Under the pieces are notes generated by a model. It saw nothing but the letters and a program-made list of their open reading frames with translations. It had not been told where the DNA came from and made no database searches. From Octopus vulgaris (taxonomy: Eukaryota), in contig OX597831.1 in assembly GCA_951406725.2 (NCBI GenBank), forward strand, positions 24,800,001-24,864,000: 64,000 nucleotides of DNA, read 5' to 3'. The position numbers were made by a program, and so were the translations under genes. How positions within the stretch are numbered: position 1 is the first letter of the stretch; each line of letters opens with the position of its first letter. Below, piece after piece: positions 39,294-51,852 of this stretch.

Positions 39294-39341
39294 AGTACTA
39301 CTATTAATAATAATAATAATAATAGTAATAGTGATGATAAT
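39223..39341. repeat. (AAT)n microsatellite
   Basis: Directly visible. Confidence 0.95.
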
Positions 39342-39567
39342 CATTTAGAATATTTTCCATTTATCAAGTTAATAAACTACAAGAAATACTTGAGATTCTC
39401 GTTGACGAAATCATCTCAGATTAATTTTCACTCTTTTAAGCTTTTAGCCACACACCCATCTATATACACATAGACATACAAGCACGCGCATACACTACAC
39501 CACATGACAAACAAATACATGCATGTTTTGTGTGGGCAAATGTGAATAACAGTATGTATGAGTGAAA

Positions 39568-39599
39568 GCATATATATATATATATGTATATGTATATGC

Positions 39600-39649
<50 letters not shown>

Positions 39650-39836
39650 ATATGTATATATGTATGTATATATATATATACACACACATGTATATTTGTA
39701 TGTATATATATATGTATATTTGTATGTATATATATATGTATGTTTGTATATGTATATATATATATATGTGTGTGGGTGTATGTTTGTATGTATATATATG
39801 TATGTTTGTATGTATATATATATGTATGTTTGTATG

Positions 39837-39874
<38 letters not shown>

Positions 39875-39943
39875 GATATGTTTGTATGTATATATATATA
39901 TATGTAAGTTTGTATGTATATGTATATATATATGTATGTTTGC

Positions 39944-39976
<33 letters not shown>

Positions 39977-40210
39977 TGTGTATTTGTATGTATATATATA
40001 TGTATGTATGTTTGTATATATATATGTGTGTGTGTCTGTATGTTTGTATGTATATATATATGTATGTATGTTTGTATATATATATGTGTGTGTGTCTGTA
40101 TGTTTGTATGTATATATATATATATATATACAAACATATATATATATATATATATATATGTATGTTTGTATGTATGCATGTATATATATATATATGTATA
40201 TGTATGTTTG

Positions 40211-40241
<31 letters not shown>

Positions 40242-40312
40242 CTATGCGTGTGTGTTTGTACATTTGTGTGTATGTACATATATATATATATATATATACA
40301 CACACACTTACA
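39568..40312. repeat. Long compound TA/TG microsatellite with a 60-bp higher-order duplication
   Basis: 40021-40060 recurs at 40081-40120. Confidence 0.95.
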
Positions 40313-40675
40313 CTCATGCATACAATCAGAAATAAAAGCACTCATTCAAACAAAGATGTTGGAAATGGAAGTATGCATATGTGTGTGCATGAATATGTTG
40401 TTTCATGTATGCACATGCATCTGTGTATTTCTGTGTGTTTAATCATTGGTTTTTATATTTATTCAACTAATATACACTCACTCATCAATCTACCCATGTA
40501 TCCAACCCAACCGAGCAACACCCACATAAAACACTCACAAACATGTATGTGTGTGTGTGTGTTTGCATGTGCATATGAGTATATATCTAGATAAATGTAT
40601 ATGAGCATGTGTGTGTGTATATATATATGCATGTGTATATATGAGTGTGTGTGTGTAAGTGTATATGTGTGTGTG

Positions 40676-40713
<38 letters not shown>

Positions 40714-40802
40714 CCTACACATATTCAAAATGTGACCGCGTGTGTACCATTGGCGATTTTTTTTCCTCTGTCTTCCCTTCTCTGGATCTTTCCTTCTCCT
40801 GT

Positions 40803-40837
40803 GTTTCCGACGAAGAGCTCCGCTCGAAACGTTAAAC
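40803..40837 (+). ncRNA. Minimal hammerhead-like motif (U4C variant, loopless stem III) in a repeat of about 200 bp (40728-40930)
   Basis: GUUU-CCGACGA-A-GAGC ucc GCUC-GAAA-CG-UU-AAAC. Stem I GUUU/AAAC, stem II GAGC/GCUC and AACGUU palindrome. Embedded in TA/CA repeats. Confidence 0.6.
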
Positions 40838-41237
40838 CCTCCTTCTTTCCTTCTTTCCTGAGCGTGCAATAATACTATATTTGTTCCACATCCTCGCATT
40901 GTTGTGCTTTCTTGTTTGGATTAACTTTATACACATATATACTTATGTGTGTGTGTAATCTGTGTGATAACCTCATAATGTGCTTTACAAAGTTCCCTTT
41001 CAGGTATTGGCTAACAAATGTTATACTGTTACATATATCCATAGTGTAATAAAAAAAAATTTGAATATGGATTGAACAGGCTTTATTTCATATCACTAGA
41101 ATTCTTTCAACACATCATTATCAAATTTTATTGATAAATGTTGTATATATTATACATAGTATTGTATTAATATGACTCAACAATAGCTATCTACATGTGC
41201 ACCTTTAGATGACCAAAGTCAAAAGTCTGCAGCTTAA

Positions 41238-41268
<31 letters not shown>

Positions 41269-41269
41269 G

Positions 41270-41568
41270 CGAACCCAGGACTTATTCTTTGTAAGCCTAG
41301 TACTTATTGCCGAATTGATAAGTTACAGGGACATAATCACACCACCATTGGTTGTCAAGCAATTTGGGGGACAAACATATACATACACACATACACATAT
41401 TTATACGATGGGCTCCCTTTAGTTTCCGTCTACCAAATCCACCCACAAGGCTTTGGTCAGCCCAAGGCTATAGTAGAAGACACTTGCCCAAGGTGCCATG
41501 CAGTGGGACCGAACCCGGAACCATGTGGTTGGTAAGCAAGCTACTTACCACACAGCCATTCCTGCACC
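41270..41568 (-). mobile_element. SINE family A, partial
   Basis: Reverse complement of head and core. Confidence 0.85.
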
Positions 41569-42779
41569 TGAATATATATATATATTCAAGTATATTATAT
41601 ATATACATATATATATATAAGTACATGTATGTATATGCATGTTAATGTATATATGTTTATGTATGTGTGTGTGTATATATAGATATATATGGAGAGAAAT
41701 ATGAGGTATTTGATGGTGAATAATATTACATTCATGAAATATATATATTAGGAGAAAACAGGATATTACATCACAGTCGTCATTGTGATATCATGGTTAT
41801 CATTGAGGATCTGAGATATCTTTACAGTGATGAGAAATAAAGTAACAGATATATACACGTAACATGCTGCATGTTAAGGCTCTTCACAATATCACTTAGA
41901 CTATAAATTTGTTTTTTTATATCTTTGCCCCAAGTACTTTTGAAACTTTGTTTTTTCCATCATCATCATCGTCATCATTTAACATCCGCTTTCCATGCTA
42001 GTATGGGTCGGACGATTTGACTGAGGACTGGCAAACCAGCAGGTGTATCATGCTATTTAGAAGATGGGTGAGAGCTTGGTAGGCTGCCGTATCAGGAAAA
42101 TTCACCAAAAGAAATTTTGCTGTCAGGCAAATTCGCTTTGAGTGTATCAGCATTTTATAAAATACAAAAAATGAATAAGTAAGGGTTTTATAAAAGCATA
42201 AAATAGGCAACTCTTTGTTCAGCATCAACCATAAAAACATGACGAGGCCATTTAAAACGAAATTTTTTACAGCAAATTTTCATATAGTAAAAATGTTTAC
42301 TGCAATATTTCCTCTAGGTGGTAATGCCTTCTCTTTTCATGACACTCCAGGCAAACAGCAGAAAGATGTTTTAGAGGGAAAGAAATGTAGTAAAGACTAA
42401 GGGCTCACTTGGGGATCAGGAATATTTTTTTGCCAGTTTGTACTCAGTGGAAGTTTAACCAGTGGGAGTTAAGGAGATTGTATCTTGTTAACTTATTCTG
42501 CTGCCTTCGTATTTTGAACTCCGCATCCTTGGATGTTCAGGTCAGAATGGAGTAACAGTTACAATTAGTACTAAACAAAAAATACACCCCAAGAAAAACC
42601 TACAATAGAGTACTAATCATACATCTGGAATAGTGGGATCTGCTGCACACAAACATTTAAAACCACATCCCAGAAAAGGTTGACTGATTTGTAATAACTC
42701 GTTCACTAATGCCATGCAACCTTTGAATCACAGGTATTCCATTACCTCTCTCTGTCTAATTCTGTTACTGCAATGGATC

Positions 42780-43116
42780 GAAGCACTCCGTCGGTTACAA
42801 CGACGAGGGTTCCGGTTGATCCGATCAACGGAACAGCCTGCTCGTGAAATTAACGTGTAAGTGGCTGAGCATTCCACAGACACATGCACCCTTAACGTAG
42901 TTCTCGGGGATATTCAGCGTGACACAGGGAGTGACAAGGCCGGCCCTTTGAAATACATGTACAACAGAAACAGGAAGTAAGAGTGAGAGAAAGTTGTAGT
43001 GAAAGAGTACAGCAGGGATCACCACCATCCCCTGCCGGAGCCTTGGTCTAGGAATCGAAACCGCGATCCTACGACCGCGAGTCCGCTGCCCTAACCACTG
43101 GGCCATTGCGCCTCCA
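42780..43116 (-). mobile_element. SINE family F (E-like head, C-like tail)
   Basis: TSD TACTGCAATGG on both sides. Second copy at about 47612-48004. Confidence 0.85.
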
Positions 43117-43367
43117 CTACTGCAATGGCCTCTACTATTCAGAAGAGCTTGTTGCATACCATCTCTATCCATACCTATACAACTCACAAGCCTCTCTTCC
43201 TCTCTACTTTGTATACTCACCCCCCCCCACCAGCAATGTACTAATCAGTTTTTTTTGTTTGTTTCTTTCTCTCCAGTGCTTCAGCAATCTATATCTCTTT
43301 GTTTTTACTCCTCTAAGCCGTAACTTGCTGGTTTTTCACTCTTAACCATTTCAGATATGTTATAGAG

Positions 43368-43597
43368 GTGGCGAGCTGGCTGAAACGTTAGCATGCAGGG
43401 CGAAATGCTTAGCGGTATTTCATCTGCTGCTACATTCTGAGTTCAAATTTCACCAAGGTCAACTTTGCCTTTCATCCTGCTGGGGTCAATTAAATAAGTA
43501 CCCGTTATGCACTGGGGTCGATATAATTGACTTAATCCGTTTGTCTGTCCTTGTTTGTCCCTTCTGTGTTTAGCCCCTTGTTGGTAGTAAAGAAATT
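43368..43597 (+). mobile_element. SINE family B
   Basis: 13-bp TSD ATATGTTATAGAG (43355-43367, 43600-43612). Confidence 0.9.
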
Positions 43598-43612
43598 ATA
43601 TATGTTATAGAG

Positions 43613-44274
43613 CAGTGGTCTCCAACTTTTTTCATACCATGGATCGGTTTCATGTGGATAATCTTTCCATGGACCAGTCGTGGCACATATGTGTAATTTA
43701 AGTGCATTTTAATAAAGACAACAAAGACAAAAAAGAACAATGTATTAAAGGGAAGAAAAAGTGTAAATCTTTTGATTCTCATTTCTGTGCTCCAGCCTGG
43801 CCACACACTTGTGTGCTTAGTTTCCCTGAATCAATAGCTATTACACCACTATCAATATCAACTCACCATAATGTAGAATCAGTGTGAACTCTGAGTTTGT
43901 TTCCCTGTGTTATGTCACACATTCGGATACCTCTACTCAACTCTGCTCTCTCTGCTACTCAACTCTAGTCTATTGACTGCTACTCTGCTCAGCTGTGCTC
44001 TGTCTGACGTCTAGACTTCTCCCTCTATATCTACGTATTGGGCTAGTCTACTTCATCGTCTGGGGGGCGTCCACACAACACCCTGCAACTAGACGGTCTC
44101 ATTTGGGAGTGATGGAAGACATTGACACTCGAAGTGTGTCCCATATGTCTAGTCTGCTTCATAATTTTGCTTGGGTTGTTGTCACTGCAGAAAGCCCTGC
44201 CTATTTCTTTGCAGCCTAGTAGCAAATGATCCCCAGACCAGTACTAGTCTGTAGCCTAGTGGTTGGGACCTCTG
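43613..44274. mobile_element. hAT-Charlie MITE (MER1A/Charlie3-like)
   Basis: TIRs CAGTGGTCTCCAAC / GTTGGGACCTCTG; 8-bp TSD TTATAGAG (43605-43612, 44275-44282). Confidence 0.85.
43908..44080. mobile_element. Probable solo LTR (173 bp)
   Basis: TGTTATGT...ACACAACA termini and 5-bp TSD CCCTG (43903-43907, 44081-44085); cleanly interrupts the hAT MITE. Confidence 0.7.
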
Positions 44275-44782
44275 TTATAGAGCACAGAAACATTGCCCTT
44301 TTCTTCTTGACTAGGCTTTAAAGAAAAAAGCAAACAAAATTACAAATGAACAGGTATACACAGAACCCATGCATTTTAACTATATATATGCAAAATATTA
44401 AAAGTATGACCATATATGAACAAGCAAAAGGATAAAGGAAAAAATATATATATATATAAAAAAGAAGATAAATTGTTAAGCATGTGAAATCTGTAAATCT
44501 GTTGCAAAGTTAGAAACAATATAAATTGGTGGAACAAAATGGTCTGACAATTTAAGCTCATGCAGTGTGTTTCATTGGCTCAAAAGTCTTTGATATTATT
44601 TATAAAATTTATGTTGTTCGAAGCAGGATAAAGGTGAAGGTGAAGAGGGAGAGGGGGGAAAAAACAGAGATAAAAATCAATGGATTTTAATAAAGGAAGT
44701 AAAATTTTCCTGGTGTTTTAAAAAATTTCTTTCTCACTTTCTCTCCTTTTAATCTCTCTACTTTGCTCCTTTCTTCACTGTA

Positions 44783-45080
44783 TTTTCTTCTTCCTTCTTC
44801 CTTCTTCTTCTTCTTCTTCTTCTTCTTCTTCTTCTTCTTCTTCTTCTTCTTTTCTTCTTCTTCTTCTTCTTCTTCTTCTTCTTCTTCTTTTCTCCTTCTT
44901 CTTCTTCTTCTTCTTCTTCTTCTTCTTCTTCTTCTTCTTCTTTTCTTCTTCTTCTTCTTATTCTTCTTCTTCTTCTTATTGTTATTGTTATTATTATTAT
45001 TGTTACTATTATTATTGTACTTCTTCCTCCCCTCCTCCTCCTTCCTCTTCTTCTTCTCCTCCTCCTCCTCCTCCTCCCTA
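44783..45080. repeat. (CTT)n/(TTA)n/(CCT)n tract
   Basis: Directly visible. Confidence 0.95.
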
Positions 45081-45560
45081 TCTTTCCGTCTGTCTACTCT
45101 CTAGAATCCCCCATCCAGCCCATTCTCTCCCAAGGAAATATATTTTTATGACAAAAGAAAAATTTATGAATGCAAAATGGAGGCAAGATGAATATTTAAG
45201 TTTGCTCTCTGGTCGTTGCAGGTTTATTATTTTCTTTATTTTTGTCGTTAGTTTTCCTGTTGATGTAGAAATTTCCAGAGAATCAATGTTTAAGTCACTT
45301 CTTCCAATTTTGTCTCAATTTTAATGTAAGGTTTGTAAATAGGATTGAAAGAAACAAAAGAAATTATATAGATGAAGACCTTTGTGTGATGATGGTGGTA
45401 GTGATGGTAGTGGTGGGTGTTAAGGATTTCCGCCAGTTTTCATTTTTTTTTCTCTCTCTCACTCTCATTCATGCTTCCTCTTTTCTATATTTTCACACCT
45501 TTCTGTATCTGTATATATATATGTGTGTGTATGTGTGTGTGTCTCTCCCTCACTCTCTTT

Positions 45561-45613
<53 letters not shown>

Positions 45614-45938
45614 AAGAGGTTATGTTAGCCTCATGTAGAGATGGTATCATCCCAAGAATTACTGGTTCAATACCTAATGTTTTGACTTGAGCCTGGTACA
45701 GCTCTCCAGCTTACCAGCTCTGGTCAAACCGTCAAACCCATGGACAACATATGTTAAATGCTGATGATATTATATATATATATATATAAATATATAATTA
45801 TATTAAATTAGAGATAAAACCACTATTAGGCAAATCAAACAATGAAAAACTTAAGCCAATACATAGAATTAATTAATTTAAATTATTTTAAATATATATC
45901 AAAAGTATTAAAAGATTACTGAAAGATAATGATTAAAA

Positions 45939-46007
45939 CACTACGATCATTTCATGGCTGTCCAATTCGTAATAATTCGAGTTATGGTTACAGTCAATCT
46001 TCAGGTG
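45939..46007 (-). ncRNA. Diverged type I hammerhead ribozyme with long stem II, in a PLE-like fragment (45795-46022)
   Basis: Minus strand reads CAC-CUGAAGA-uUGACUGU...ACAGCCAu-GAAA-U gauc G-UA-GUG. The flank is homologous to 5740-5810. Confidence 0.6.
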
Positions 46008-47611
46008 ATTGAAATATCTGTTATATATATGTCCTTCATTTTCTTTTTTATGACATTTCCACAGGGCTATGAGTGTAGCAAAATAGTAGTGTCGCAAAAA
46101 AGAAAAAGAAGACAATATTTACAAAATTATTGAGTTTAGCTCTCTTTCTTTCTTTTTTTTTTTTTCGAGTATTCAAATCCAGCCAGCGTGAGCTTTGTCC
46201 GTTCACCACATGTATAAATACATGTGTGTCAGATGCTGAAGTAACTGAAAAGCAACATGAAATTTGCTCAGGAATACAATGCATTCCCTGGTCAGAAATC
46301 AAAACCTTAATCTATCTGTGCACGTTGTTCAGCATATTTGTCTCATTTACAAATAATCTTCATCATAATCTTCTCAGCCTCTGTAGATCTCCCAGATCCA
46401 GAACTAGTTTTCTTATTAACATGTAGATTCATTCTTCTTTAACAAAATTCATATAGTGTGGCAGTTATTGACAGAGAAAGCCCTTATTGCTAACATATTC
46501 AACACACACTGATCTTCTAATGCATACTGTGTTTATAGATGTATATATGCATACTTTATGTGCAAGATTGACGTTTGCATATTTGTGTATGAATGCATAG
46601 ATCCATATTATCATATATATACACAATAGCAAGCACAAACACACATATAATGTTTCTTACCCATAAATCAGTTAGTAAAATACATATGCTAATATAATCA
46701 GCACTGAACTTCAAAAAAATTGCAAAGAAAGAAAAAAAAAATCGGGCAATATAATTATAGAATTTGGCAAGTGAAAAAAGAACGAACTGTTTGGTTTAAA
46801 TCCAGGAAGAGAATTAAGAAAATATATTAAGAGAGGAGAAAACTGAGAAAAGATGTAAATTAGATTAATTTAATTTAGTTAAAAAGATTTTTTCTTTCGT
46901 TTGTGTGTGTGTGTGTGTTTTCTTGGATGCGCATGCACATGTGTGCATTTGGTGAAAGCTTTAAGAAATAAGGAAATTTTTTGTGTGACAAGCATGGCTT
47001 TTTGATTTGTTTGATTTGAGAGCAAGAATATGTTGTGAATGTTGTCCTAATGAAAGAATTTGCCGATAATCAAAGCACGAGTCGAATTTACACATGACTT
47101 GAAAGATGTTTTAGATCAGATAATTTAGGAAATTTGATTGATTTGCTAAGAAACAAATGAAATCTATCTAACATGGAAATTAATATCGATTTCTGATATA
47201 GGCACAAGTCCTCAAATTTCAAGGAAAGCATATAGTTAAATGCCAGAAGCAAGACAGAGAGAATGGATTTGGTAGGATTTGAACTCAGAACATAAAAAGC
47301 CTTAAATAAATACAGCTAAGCATTTTGTAGTCTGTTGCCTGAACAGTTTTGCAGATCTACTGCTTAAAAGTATTATTATTAAATTAATTTATATTTTTTA
47401 CTTTTTTTCTTTTTGCTCCAGTCATTAGACTGCATCCACCCTGGGACACTAACTTGAAGAATTTTAGTTGAACGAACTGACCCAAGTATTTTTCTTTCTT
47501 TTAGCCTGGTATTTATTCTGTCAGTCTCTTTTGCTGAACCACTAGGTTATACCAACACTAATTGTCAAGCGGTAGTTGGGGACAGACACGCACACACACA
47601 CACATATATCA

Positions 47612-48004
47612 TGGCACTCTGTCGGTTACGATGATGAGGGATCCAGTTGGTCTGATCAACGGAACAGCCTGCTGATGAAATTAACGTACACGTGACTGAG
47701 CACTCTACAGACACGTGCACCCTTAATGTAGTTTTCAAGGAGATTCAGAATAACACAGAGTGTGACAAGACTGGTCCCTTTGAAATACAGGTACAACAGA
47801 AACAGGAACACAGAGTGGGAGAAAGTTGTGGTGAAAGAGTACAGTAGGGTTCACCATCACCCCCTGCCAGAGCCTCGTGAAGCTTTAGGTGTTTTCGTTC
47901 AATAAACACTCACAACACGTGATCTGGGAATCGAAACTGCATTCTTATGGCCATGAACGAAACCATGTTCTTACGGTCCTAACCACTGGGCCATTGCATC
48001 TCCA
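47612..48004 (-). mobile_element. SINE family F
   Basis: Collinear with 42780-43116 and retains a segment deleted there. Confidence 0.85.
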
Positions 48005-48069
48005 CTTATTATATTATATTTATCATTCATTTTATACTTTTAGAAAAAAAAATTTATATATATATATAT

Positions 48070-48253
48070 ATTATATTATATTAATTATCTATATTATTTG
48101 TTATTTATGTATTGGTTTATGTCTATCACTATTTGAGTTACGTAATAGTGGTTTTATCTCTAATTCATATTTTATATATTTATACTGTGAAATTTGATTT
48201 AATACTAAATTGAATTTTTCCCTGTAAGTTTGGAGTTATACTCCCTAATATTA

Positions 48254-48255
<2 letters not shown>
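48070..48255 (+). mobile_element. Third fragment of the hammerhead-associated PLE-like family (terminal part only)
   Basis: Reverse complement AATATTAGGGAG..TCCAAACTTACAGGGAAAAAT..TTAGAGATAAAACCACTATT matches 5656-5762. Sits between (TA)n tracts. Confidence 0.65.
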
Positions 48256-48301
<46 letters not shown>

Positions 48302-48859
48302 CACACACACACATGATGGGCTTCTTTCAGTTTCCGTCTACCAAATCCACTTACAAGGCTATAATAGAAGATACTTGTCCAGAGTGCCATGCAGTGGGAC
48401 TGAACCCAGAACCATGTAGTTGGGTAGCAAACTTCTTCCTCCTGCAGAGGCACATTCTTACTGTCTTTTCCAATACTATAGTAAAGCAGTTAGCATTTTT
48501 CTTTCCTGATTACTATCAGAGACATCTGAAATGTGCCTCTCTTGTGGTTTGCTTGCCAGATATACATTGAAACACATGTACCAACAGATTTTGTTGATTC
48601 AATCAACCACATTTCTGTGATATAGAATGCAAAACTTTTACCTTTGAAGCATTTATAGTTCAGTGTTTTGAACTTTATACAATTTGTATCACTCTATAAA
48701 CATCATTATTCGTTCTTTGATTTGTTAGACTCTTCATTAATAAACATATTTGTCTAAATTTGTACAATATGCGTGAAAGTGCGAATGAATTTGGTAGACA
48801 GACGCTGTGCAGAAGCCTGTTTTGTTTGTGAATGCATGTGTGTGTGTACGTATGTATGT

Positions 48860-49064
48860 ACTCTTTTACTCTTTCACTTGTTTCAGTCATTTGACTATGG
48901 CCATGCTAGAACACCGCCTTTAGTCAAGCAAGTCAACCCCAGGACTTATTGTTTATAAGCTTAGTACTTACTCTATTGGTCTCTTTTGCCGAACCGCTAA
49001 GTTACGGGGACGTAAACACACCAGCATTGGTTGTCAAGCGATGTTGGAGGGGACAGACACACAA

Positions 49065-49123
<59 letters not shown>

Positions 49124-49287
49124 CGACGGGCTTCTTTCAGTTTCTGTCTACCAAATCCACTCACAAGGCTTTGGTTGGCCCGAGGCTATAGTAGAAGACA
49201 CTTGCCTAAGGTGCCACGCAGTAGGACTGAACCCGGAACCATGTGGTTGGTAAGCAAGCTACTTACCACATACCCACTCCTACGCCT
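48860..49287 (-). mobile_element. SINE family A, full length, followed by a 3-prime half copy at 49320-49550
   Basis: Reverse complement of family A. Confidence 0.9.
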
Positions 49288-49721
49288 ATCCCCCATACAC
49301 CTACCTACGTATATATATTTCTTATTCTTTTATTCTTTTATTCTTGTTTCAGTCATATAACTGCAGCCATGTAGGTGCACTGCCTTAAAGGTTTTTTAGT
49401 CAAAGAAATCGAACCCAGGACTTATTCTTTAGAAGCCTAGTACTTATTCTAGAGGTCTCTTTTGCTGAACCGCTAAGCAATGAGACATAAACACACCAAC
49501 ATCAGTTGTCAAGCGATGTTGTGGGGGACACAGACATAGGCACAAACACACACTCACATAAATATATACATATATATCATCATCATCATCATTTAATGCC
49601 CACCTTCCATGTATGAGTTCCAGGTATGAGTTGGATGGTTTGACAGGAGCTGACCAGGTAGAAGACTATCCCAGCCCACTGTGTCTGTTTTGGCAGGGTT
49701 TTTACAGGGTTTTTCCCATGA

Positions 49722-49873
49722 ATAGATATGGCTTCAAGACAACCAACAGCAGTAGAAGGGCTATCATATTGTCCTAACCTGGCAAGTTGTATTTTCACCT
49801 GAATCACTAGTTTTATGGTACCAACACCAGCACCCATCTTTGTCTTTCTCTCATCAGTAAAAAATAGTCCCAT
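49722..49873 (-). pseudogene. Possible LINE RNase H fragment
   Basis: FFTDERKTKMGAGVG...LARLGQY...EAI resembles the xYTDGSK..GxGxG...AE..AI RNase H motif of I/LOA-type LINEs. Confidence 0.4.
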
Positions 49874-51852
49874 TGGACTGAGATGCTAAGGCACACAAGA
49901 AGATCTGTAGATGAGTTTAGTTGTTAGAGTTTGTTTGAGAGGTAACCACGAAGAGAAAATTTTTTATTGAGGGAGCTTGGACCTTGTCCCAACTACTGCT
50001 TTTCAGGAAATCTGGCCTGAATTCTCTAAGCAATGGACTTTGCTGAAGATGCTCAAAGACCAGGTGATAGATTAGGATTTAAGATTTTACTGTAAATTAC
50101 ATGTACAAATGTTAGAAACGGAACAGGAACTGGTACACTATGAAATTCCAATAGACTATCTGTAAACTCTTAAGAAATGTTGAGGGGGAGACAGGAGGAC
50201 AAAGTAAAGTAGAAAGATAATTATGATGAGCAGGGGAGAGAGTGACGGGGAAATAAATAAGTGAGATATAGCTAGATTAATATATCAATATATGGATTGA
50301 TAGATAGTTTAATAAATCGATGGATGGATGAGTGGACGGTGAGGTGGGAGGTTTGCATGGATAGAGGGAGGCTTGAATTAAGATTCTCAAGTAGTCATGA
50401 AATCAATAAAAAGTGGAAAAATCCAACAACTTCAAGTATTCTGGACTCCACTTTGATATCATTCTTCCAACCAGCTCTACCACTACTACCAACCACACCC
50501 CCACCATCATCATCATCATCGCATTCACTCACTTTGTTGTTTATATTGTTGTTTCTATGTGTGTGTATAAGGTATAAATGTATGTGTAATTAAGTGAATT
50601 CACATTTAATTCTGTGTGTGTATGTGTGTAATTACGTATCAGTGTGTTTGTTGTGTATCGGTACATATTTGTTTGTTTGTGTAAATGAAACCACGTTTGG
50701 TGTCTTGTTCATGTCCAGTTACGCATTTCTGTGAAATTCCTCTTGTAACTAATGTGGAGAAGGAAAATATAAGATAAGATCAATAATATTTGTTGTATTG
50801 TGAGAAGACAGAGATACCGCATCATTCAACTGTCCCTTAGACTGTGAGAGAAAGAATCATGATTGGACTGGATTAATCTAGACACGAGAGGATATTGATG
50901 TGTATGTGTTTGTATTTCTGACATAGTAGGGGAAAGTAAAGCGGTACCTTCATGTTATAGTCACACACATACAAACACATGCATGTACATTTGCACACGT
51001 ACTGATAAATGACAAGGAAACAAAAGAATTATTTCAAAAATGTTAAAAAAGAGTAGATTACTTGTTTCAAAAATTTACAGGAAAATATTTTAAAATATAT
51101 TTGTAGAACATTTAAAAAGGGGAAAAGTATATAAAACTAACAGAAGCCACACCTCCCTTTTAGCAAATAGTTAAAATATAAATCTTACAAAGTATTTTAG
51201 ATAAACGTTGTTGATGCTGTGAACTGTTGATCAATCAGACCTAGGATCAAATGAGCTCCAACTGTGACCATCCTGACTTTTTAAAAAATTTCTAGAAATA
51301 TTTTATCCTTCACATTTTTAAAATGTTAGGGTATGATTTGAATGAGATTTGGTTGCTATTTCTAGCAGGCTCAGTTAACACATTCAGGTTGCACTGTTAT
51401 TTGATCTGAGATCAGCTCTTGTGAAACAGATCTGCAGTCTCTTTTTGTATGTCCATTTGTATCATTCCTGACTTAAGTCAGTAGAAAATGACTCAATGGT
51501 GTTTGACTGTTGCGACTAGCACATCAAATGAGTACTTAGGGTTTGAATCATAGCGTTGTTACAGATGATGGCGAAGGTGATGTTCTTGGTGGTGGTGCTG
51601 CTGCTGCCTCAGATCAGCTCTGATTGAATAGAATCAGTATTAGTTTCAAATTTTGACACAAGGCCACCAAATTCAGGGGAGGTGGTTAAGTCAATAACAT
51701 TGACACCAGTACTCAGATGGTACTTATTTTATTGACCCTGAAAATATGAAAGGTAAAGTTGACCCTGATGGCATTTGAACTCAGAATACCGCTAAGCATT
51801 TATCAAAGCATAGCATTCTACCAGCTCATTACCTTGAAAATGTTTAATATTA

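Noticed and set aside
42085-42320. Possible MITE with AAATT-rich subterminal repeats
   Set aside because: No TIR pair or TSD could be defined.
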